From a virus (lineage: Duplodnaviria; Heunggongvirae; Uroviricota; Caudoviricetes): 54,160 nucleotides of DNA. This document shows, piece after piece, positions 48,518-54,160 of the stretch (its first letter is position 1; each line of letters starts with the position of its first letter). Both the position numbers and the translations under genes were made by a program. The stretch lies in the IMG/VR virus record IMGVR_UViG_3300029305_003293, positions 1-54,160 of that record. The stretch is one strand, 5' to 3'. The notes beneath the pieces are model-generated. The model had not been told where the DNA came from. It made no database searches and was given only the letters and a program-made list of their open reading frames with translations.

Positions 48518-48785
48518 AAAGAAAAAGAAATTAGAATTTTCTAAAAAATTAACTATTGTAGATATCATCACTTGGGGAGTAATTACTGTATTACTTCTTG
48601 TAGTAATGCTTGTTTAGCCGAGTCTCGCAACTTATTGTGTTGGTATCTTTAACGCGACAACCGCGGCATATGTATCATTGAGGTTGGGCTACACCGCTAA
48701 AGCGGGCGTAGAGAACTATAAAAAAATTTCGCAGACCTACACTGAAATTGCCACTGCGGCAAACGAAGTAGAGTCTAATGGATAA
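48456..48785 (+). CDS. Putative holin-like membrane protein (109 aa, two TAG; missing from ORF track)
   Basis: ATG after GGGAG, overlapping the lysin 3' end. KKKLEFSKKL is followed by two hydrophobic segments and YTAKAGVEN. The start is uncertain. Confidence 0.6.
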
Positions 48786-48799
48786 GGAGGAGAACTCCA

Positions 48800-49201
48800 T
48801 TGGCTTTAGCAGAATTTATACCTATTGTATTTCAGGTTATAATTTTACCACTATTAGGAATTTTAACCAAGTATTTAGTTGCTTGGATTTCAGCCAAAAC
48901 AGACGAATTGAAACAGAAAAAAGATAACGAATTATATGATAAATATTTGGATCTTTTGGAAACTACTATTACTGATTGCGTTATCGCAACTAATCAAACT
49001 TATGTAGATACACTAAAAGCCGAAGGCAAATTTGACGCAGAGGCTCAAAAACTTGCTTTCCAAAAAACTTACGAGGCTATTATGGCAATTTTAACCGAAG
49101 ACGCAAAAGAATATCTAATTCACGCAATTGGCGATTTCGATGCTTTTGTTAATGCAAAGATCGAAGCAAATGTCAAAGCGGGCAAAACAAGTAATGGATA
49201 A
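48800..49201 (+). CDS. Putative holin, LL-H-like (133 aa)
   Basis: N-terminal transmembrane helix, then TNQTYVDTLKAEGKFDAEAQK; lies next to the lysin. Confidence 0.7.
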   Translation: MALAEFIPIVFQVIILPLLGILTKYLVAWISAKTDELKQKKDNELYDKYLDLLETTITDCVIATNQTYVDTLKAEGKFDAEAQKLAFQKTYEAIMAILTEDAKEYLIHAIGDFDAFVNAKIEANVKAGKTSNG

Positions 49202-49210
49202 GATAAATTC

Positions 49211-49250
49211 TGGGGTCTTCGTTTAAAACACGAAGACCCCATTTTTTTTT
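49211..49250 (+). terminator. Rho-independent terminator
   Basis: 12-bp stem TGGGGTCTTCGT/ACGAAGACCCCA followed by T9. Confidence 0.85.
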
Positions 49251-49264
49251 ATTGACAAAAGGAG

Positions 49265-49648
49265 ATGCTTAAAATGATTCCAAATTACAATCCTTATCAA
49301 ACGGCAGTGCCGCAACAACCGAGATTCCAATTCCAAGATCCTAATTTTTTAAAAGGCCGTCCGGTTACCTCTATCGAGGAAGTCCGCGCTACTCCGATTG
49401 ATTTTGATGGTAGCATCTTCTATTTTCCGGACTTGACAAACAATCGAATTTACACAAAACAAATTAATATGGATGGCACACCATTATTTAAAGTATATGA
49501 ATTAAAAGCACTTCCGCTCGAACCGCAAATTCCAACTGGAAATTTTGTAACTCGAGAGGAGTTTGAACAGGTAATTACTCAACTAAAGACAATGCTAACT
49601 CCACCGCCGCAATCTTCGCCAGTGGATAACATAATTGCTCAATTCTAA
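49265..49648 (+). CDS. Hypothetical protein, cassette gene 1 (127 aa)
   Basis: Intact ORF with AAGGAG RBS; P/Q-rich N-terminus. Confidence 0.8.
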   Translation: MLKMIPNYNPYQTAVPQQPRFQFQDPNFLKGRPVTSIEEVRATPIDFDGSIFYFPDLTNNRIYTKQINMDGTPLFKVYELKALPLEPQIPTGNFVTREEFEQVITQLKTMLTPPPQSSPVDNIIAQF

Positions 49649-49661
49649 GGGGGCTAATTAA

Positions 49662-49892
49662 ATGATGAACTATATTTTATCTATGCTTAGAAATGGCTAG
49701 AACCCTCAGCAGATTGCGATGCAGTTTTTACAAAATAAACAAAATCCAATGTTATAGAATTGGATTAATTTAGCTTAGCAAGGAAAAACTGAGGAGTTAG
49801 AGAACATTGCTCGCAATATAGTAAAACAATAGGGCAGAGATTTTGACGCAGAATTTAGAGCCTTTAGACAATAGTTTGAAGGTTTTAAATAA
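49662..49892 (+). CDS. Hypothetical Q/N-rich helical protein, cassette gene 2 (76 aa, five TAG; missing from ORF track)
   Basis: MMNYILSMLRNGQNPQQIAMQ...; ends TAA 49890-49892. Confidence 0.8.
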
Positions 49893-49919
49893 ATAAACTA
49901 ATCTTAGGAGGATGACAAA

Positions 49920-50780
49920 ATGTTTAACGGAACAAATGGTGGTTACTCTTTGGCTGATATCGCTGCGGCTACCGCAGGAACTGGAAATGGTGGCTTCGGC
50001 GGCGGTTGGGGCGACGGCGGCTGGTGGATTATTATCTTCCTCTTGGCTCTCGGCGGTGGCTGGGGCAATGGAGGCTGGGGTAATGGCGGTGGAAACAACG
50101 GAACTACCGCAGTAGTCGGCCGTGAGGTATCTTATGGATTTGACATGAATAATCTTGAAAATGGTATTCGTGGAATCCAGAATGGTTTGTGTGATGGTTT
50201 CTATGCTATGAATAATGGTTTGTTAACAACCACCGCACAATTACAGAGCACTCTTGCTCAGGGCTTTGGTGGCATTAATACCGCACTTATGGGATAGACT
50301 GGCGATATTAATAATGCCTTCCACAATGTAACTCTTGGTAACCTACAAAACACTAATGCAATTACCGCTCAGTTGAATGCTATGGCTGCTAATGACGCTC
50401 AATGCTGCTGCGAGACCAAGAACTTAATTAATTCTAATTTCGCAGATTTGAGTTATCGCTTAGCAACTCAGGATTGCGCAACTCGTCAGGTAATCACTGA
50501 CTCTACTCGTGATATTATCGCAAGCCAAGAGGCAGGATTCAGAGCAATCCTCGATCGCATGACTACTGATCGTATTTCTGAACTTGAGAATGAAAACAAC
50601 GCTTTGCGCAATGCTCAGTCTCAATCTAATCAGAATGCGTTCCTCATTAGTCAGCTTGCACCTAGAGCAATTCCTGCTTATATTGCTCCTAACCCATATA
50701 CTGGTGTTTTTGGCGCATATGGCGGAGCAGCTTATGGTGGATGCGGATCCAATTATGGCGTAACAACTTGCGGATGCTAA
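49920..50780 (+). CDS. Gly/Trp-rich membrane segment plus Cys-rich coiled-coil protein, cassette gene 3 (286 aa)
   Basis: ORFs 49920 and 50373 are in frame through one TAG; contains GGWWIIIFLL, LCDGFY, QCCCETK and a C-terminal CGC. Confidence 0.85.
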
Positions 50781-50806
50781 TTACTAATTAACAAAGGAGA
50801 TATATT

Positions 50807-51229
50807 ATGGAAATTACAGCAATTGCGCTACAAACTGTAGCGGCTAATCAAAATGTTTTATTCACAGAAACAGCGGTTGGTGCTAATAACTCCATGATAC
50901 ATCGCGAGGGAAGCGGGCTCGTAACTTTACGAGCCTCTTCCGCACGCCAATGCCGTGCCCGCTTTAAAGTTTCCTTTGGCGGAAATATCGCGGTGCCTAC
51001 TGGAGAAACTGTCGGCCCAATCTCCTTAGCTATTGCTATCAACGGTGAAGCAATCGCTTCTACCACTATGATTGAAACTCCAGCAGCAGTTGAAGAATTT
51101 AACAATGTTTTTACTGCGATTTTTTTGGATATTCCTACTGGATGTTGCCAAACTCTTAGTGTGAAAAATATTAGTGAAATTCCAGTAAATGTGCAAAATG
51201 CGAATTTAATTGTCGAAAGGGTGGCGTAA
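50807..51229 (+). CDS. BclA-CTD/C1q-like beta-sandwich protein, cassette gene 4 (140 aa)
   Basis: QTVAANQNVLF...FKVSFGGNI...SLAIAINGEAI...NANLIVERVA pattern. Confidence 0.6.
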   Translation: MEITAIALQTVAANQNVLFTETAVGANNSMIHREGSGLVTLRASSARQCRARFKVSFGGNIAVPTGETVGPISLAIAINGEAIASTTMIETPAAVEEFNNVFTAIFLDIPTGCCQTLSVKNISEIPVNVQNANLIVERVA

Positions 51230-51883
51230 TTGAAGATGAAGCAACTTAAATAGATGAAAGAAACTTTAATGATGGCCGTCCAAGGACAATTAAGCAATCT
51301 TTCGCAAACAGACACAAAAGAACTCGGATGCGCTATTGATATGATCAAAGATCTTTCAGAAGCAATTTATTACTGCACTATTACTAAATCAATGGAAGAA
51401 GCTGAGGAAGAAAAAGAAGAAATGATGAAGATGATGAAATACTCTCAGCAAAACGACTAGGGTAATAGTTAGATGTATTATTCTGAACGCAAAAGAGAAC
51501 CATATTATATGCCAAGAGATATGGATAGATGGGAAGGCCGCATGTATTATAATGGCGGTGGAATGAATGGCAGGAGCAGCAATAATTCTAGCGGTTCTTC
51601 TAGCGGTGGTAACAATGCGCGTGGCGGTGGCAGTCGCGGCTATTCTGAACCTACTTATATGAATCAATATGAACGCGATCCAAGAGAAGGTAAAGCACCA
51701 GAACGCAGACGCATGTATATGGAATCTAAACAGATGAATAGCGATAAAACAATGCATATGCGCGAACTTGAAGAATATGCCCATGATTTAACAGATGATA
51801 TTCTTGATATGTTAAAAGATGCTTCTCCAGAAGAGAAACAAACTCTTAAAAAGAAAATGATTGAGTTAACTGGTAAAATGTAA
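51230..51883 (+). CDS. Hypothetical protein with a low-complexity G/S/R/Y linker, cassette gene 5 (~217 aa)
   Basis: ORFs 51254 and 51473 are in frame through TAG; the start is TTG 51230 or ATG 51236. Confidence 0.8.
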
Positions 51884-52194
51884 TGGTTCGATTAAATGGA
51901 GAAGATTGGGATATAAGAATCTGTGAACCATGTAGCCCGGCATTAGCAACGAGCGCAGGTTATTGCGCTCTTGGTGTTTGCGATGATAATACTAAAACAA
52001 TTTATATTTAGACAAATTTAAGCAGGGAAAAAATGCGGAAAGTTCTCTGTCATGAGCTCACACATGCCGCGATGTTTAGTTACAATGTCAATCTTGACTA
52101 TTGGACTGAAGAATTAGTAGCGGATTTAATAGCAACTTATGGTGAGCAAATAGCTGGCGAAACAGACCGCATGTTTGATTACCTTACAGAATAA
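51883..52194 (+). CDS. Small HEXXH zincin-like metallopeptidase, cassette gene 6 (103 aa; missing from ORF track)
   Basis: TAATG coupling; VLCHELTHAAMF...EELVAD; one TAG. Confidence 0.75.
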
Positions 52195-52202
52195 CAAAAA
52201 AA

Positions 52203-52243
52203 AAATATTGGGGAGACTTATTAAGGTCTCCCCTATTTTTTTT
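52203..52243. terminator. Bidirectional terminator between convergent genes
   Basis: GGGGAGAC/GTCTCCCC stem, preceded by an A-run and followed by a T-run. Confidence 0.8.
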
Positions 52244-52811
52244 ATTTTTCTACAAAATCTTCAATTTCAGGATAAACAACGGGTAATCTGTTTAAGCGCT
52301 CAATCCAAGGCTCAATATCACCATTACCACCCCAGGCTTTATATTGATCATATCTCTTTTTAAAGTTTGCTTTCTATTGAGGCGTCCACATTTTATTAGC
52401 TAAGTAAGACTTTCCATCTACAATTAAATCTCGTTGATAAATTTGGATGAAAGCATCTGTATTTTTAGCTTCTAATGAATCTAATCGATCATGAAATTGC
52501 GTATTGTTATTTTTAATTTCTTTAAGAATTGCTTCAAGCAATAATTGAGTTGTACTTTCTTTATTTTCTAATGCTTGAATTTTTCCTTCTAATTCAGAAG
52601 CATCTGCGCAATGATGATTTTCAAGCGCAGTGATTCTTGATTCAAGATCACTTTTCATTTTAGTAGAACGATTATCCCATTCTTCTTGGTCTTCAATTTC
52701 TTGACCTTTTTTATGAGTTTTAATAAAAGGTTTAATTAAATAAGTAACAACCGCAACGCAAATTACTGGAACGCCCCAAGAAATAACTTTTTCCAAAATT
52801 AAATCCACCAT
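52242..52811 (-). CDS. Putative holin-like membrane protein (189 aa, one TAG)
   Basis: N-terminal transmembrane helix and a coiled coil. Read-through of TAG gives YDQYKAWGGNGDIEPWIERLNRLP, the Y..Y...GGNG pattern seen in Bacillota phage holin-like proteins. Confidence 0.6.
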
Positions 52812-52881
52812 TGGAAACTTCCACTCCTTTCATAAAGAATAAAAGTAGGTTTAGATGGATTAATAAAAAGCGCCTAAAGTG

Positions 52882-53367
52882 TTAATCCCACTCTAAGCGC
52901 TTATCTTCTTGAATACTGGCTGAATAGCCTATACAAATCGCATCCGATTCGTCTTGCGTGCATTTTAAATTGTAAGTATCTTTTACCCACTATTGAGCAA
53001 TCTTCTTTTGGTTTTCTCTATGCTTATCCTACTTCTTTAAGAATTCGCAATCAGAACGCCAGTCAGAAGAATAAACCATTTTATATTTAATTTTCTTTTC
53101 TACGAGTAAAACTAAGATTCCGCCTTGAACTTGTGCTAATTTCTAAAAAGTTTGCACATCTCCATGCTGCATCTAAATGTTTTCTAAAACGACAAGGTCT
53201 GGTTCATACTACTAGATTTTGCTTTCAATTTCCTTACAAAGGCTATGAATACGAACAGCAATGTCGTCATGCGTCTTTTCCCAATGTCCAAAATCAATTA
53301 GGTCGCCATCTCGGAATACTGACCATCCGCTAGTCCTCGTTGCTTGATCTAATGCCAAAATTGTCAT
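52882..53367 (-). CDS. ruvC: RuvC-like Holliday junction resolvase (161 aa, six TAG)
   Basis: ILALDQATRTSGW, VVLENIQ, LAQVQG and DESDAICIG provide the acidic RuvC catalytic motifs; GGAGG RBS. Confidence 0.8.
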
Positions 53368-53368
53368 A

Positions 53369-54022
53369 TTATTCTTTAAACCTCCACTTATATCCATAAG
53401 CAGTATTTCTTTTCCCTTTACAAGCATTTAATATATTTGAACATCCTGTCTTATCAATGCCTAAAGCAAGTGCTGCTGCAGTTGCGGAAACATAATTATT
53501 TAAAATCTAATTTGTATTTTTATCTAACTGTATAACAGCTTTCCTATTTGGAGGAATACTACCCTATTTTGTTTTACTAATTTTCTTTTTTGTTTCTTCA
53601 CTTAGTGGAGGATGTGGTAATGCTTTTAAAATTTTACTTACTTTTTCTCGATGCTCAGGGTTCTACCACATTTTTTTTGTATTTTCTGAAATTTTTTTTC
53701 TACCTTCTGGAGTTAAATGTGCGGAAGCGCCTTGCGGTTTGCCACCTTTATCCAAATTGTATCCAAATTTAGGATTGGTTAAATTATATAGAGCAATAAT
53801 TTCTTTTTCTTTATTCAAAGCTTCTTCCATTATTGGAGAAGAATAAATTATTGTTTTAATAATATTTTCCCAGCCATATTTCTATATAGCTTTCCATACT
53901 AACGGGCATTTTTTATAACCAGTTCCACCGTGCCACCTATTATTAATATTTTCCTATGAAGTATAACCACAATACTTTTTTCCATTCGGAAAAATAAATA
54001 AATAAACCTTATATTTATACAT
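53369..54022 (-). mobile_element. Free-standing GIY-YIG homing endonuclease with NUMOD3/NUMOD1-like DNA-binding domains (217 aa, four TAG; missing from ORF track)
   Basis: KVYLFIFPNGKKYCGYTS...RW...EKEII...GYNL; SEETKRKISKTKIG; TAYGYKWRF. Confidence 0.8.
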
Positions 54023-54123
54023 AAAATCTCCACCTTTCATAAATATATGAAAGATGGATAATAATTATAAATTAAAATTGACCACTCAACCTAACTAACT
54101 TATAAAATCAAGAGCTAAAATTG

Positions 54124-54159
54124 TCATTCAGAAGTAGAACCGAAACCGCCTTCGCGAGC
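54124..54159 (-). CDS. dut: dUTPase, C-terminal end (5' partial)
   Basis: Reads AREGGFGSTSE then TGA, matching dUTPase motif V (RxxGFGST). Only 11 codons are visible. Confidence 0.7.
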   Translation of the reverse strand, partial: AREGGFGSTSE

Positions 54160-54160
54160 G

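Noticed and set aside
49253-49258. Sigma70 promoter at TTGACA before the six-gene cassette
   Set aside because: No -10 box at 16-18 nt spacing, and the hexamer abuts the RBS.
582-53772. Alternative-frame and antisense ORFs in the track (e.g. 582..779, 9903..10136, 26850..27179, 35323..35766, 50848..51348, 51389..51784)
   Set aside because: They overlap well-supported genes, lack RBSs or motifs, and look like shadow ORFs.
1-54160. Mass pseudogenisation suggested by many short ORFs
   Set aside because: The breaks are almost all TAG, stay in frame and fall at Gln positions of conserved motifs; recoding explains them.
1-54160. tRNA genes (including a CUA suppressor) and CRISPR arrays
   Set aside because: No cloverleaf or regularly spaced direct repeats were seen by eye; GGTTCGA at 51885 is inside a CDS start.

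Overview
This is about 54 kb of an AT-rich (roughly 30% GC by eye) tailed-phage genome, probably large and infecting Bacillota/Clostridia. TAG is read as glutamine (genetic code 15), so the supplied ORF track is heavily fragmented. With TAG=Gln, the fragments join into long frames that all end in TAA or TGA. The + strand runs in this order: tape-measure C-terminus; a 2461-aa hub/spike protein; baseplate genes; several fibre genes; a 2352-aa LamG/CotH-like/LRR protein; an accessory receptor-binding region; a highly structured ~330-nt non-coding region; a SpoIID-NlpC/P60-SH3 endolysin; two holin-like genes; and a six-gene cassette of unknown function. The - strand carries a holin-like gene, a RuvC-like resolvase, a GIY-YIG homing endonuclease and the end of a dUTPase. 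There are three main candidates for undescribed biology. (1) Three accessory tail genes are out of frame at poly-C runs just after their start codons, and a fourth has an in-frame G9 run, suggesting phase-variable host-range switching. (2) A structured RNA sits directly upstream of the lysis genes. (3) The cassette after the lysis genes encodes Cys-rich, BclA-like and HEXXH proteins. All domain calls come from motif recognition by eye; no searches were run. No tRNA, CRISPR array or reverse transcriptase was seen.
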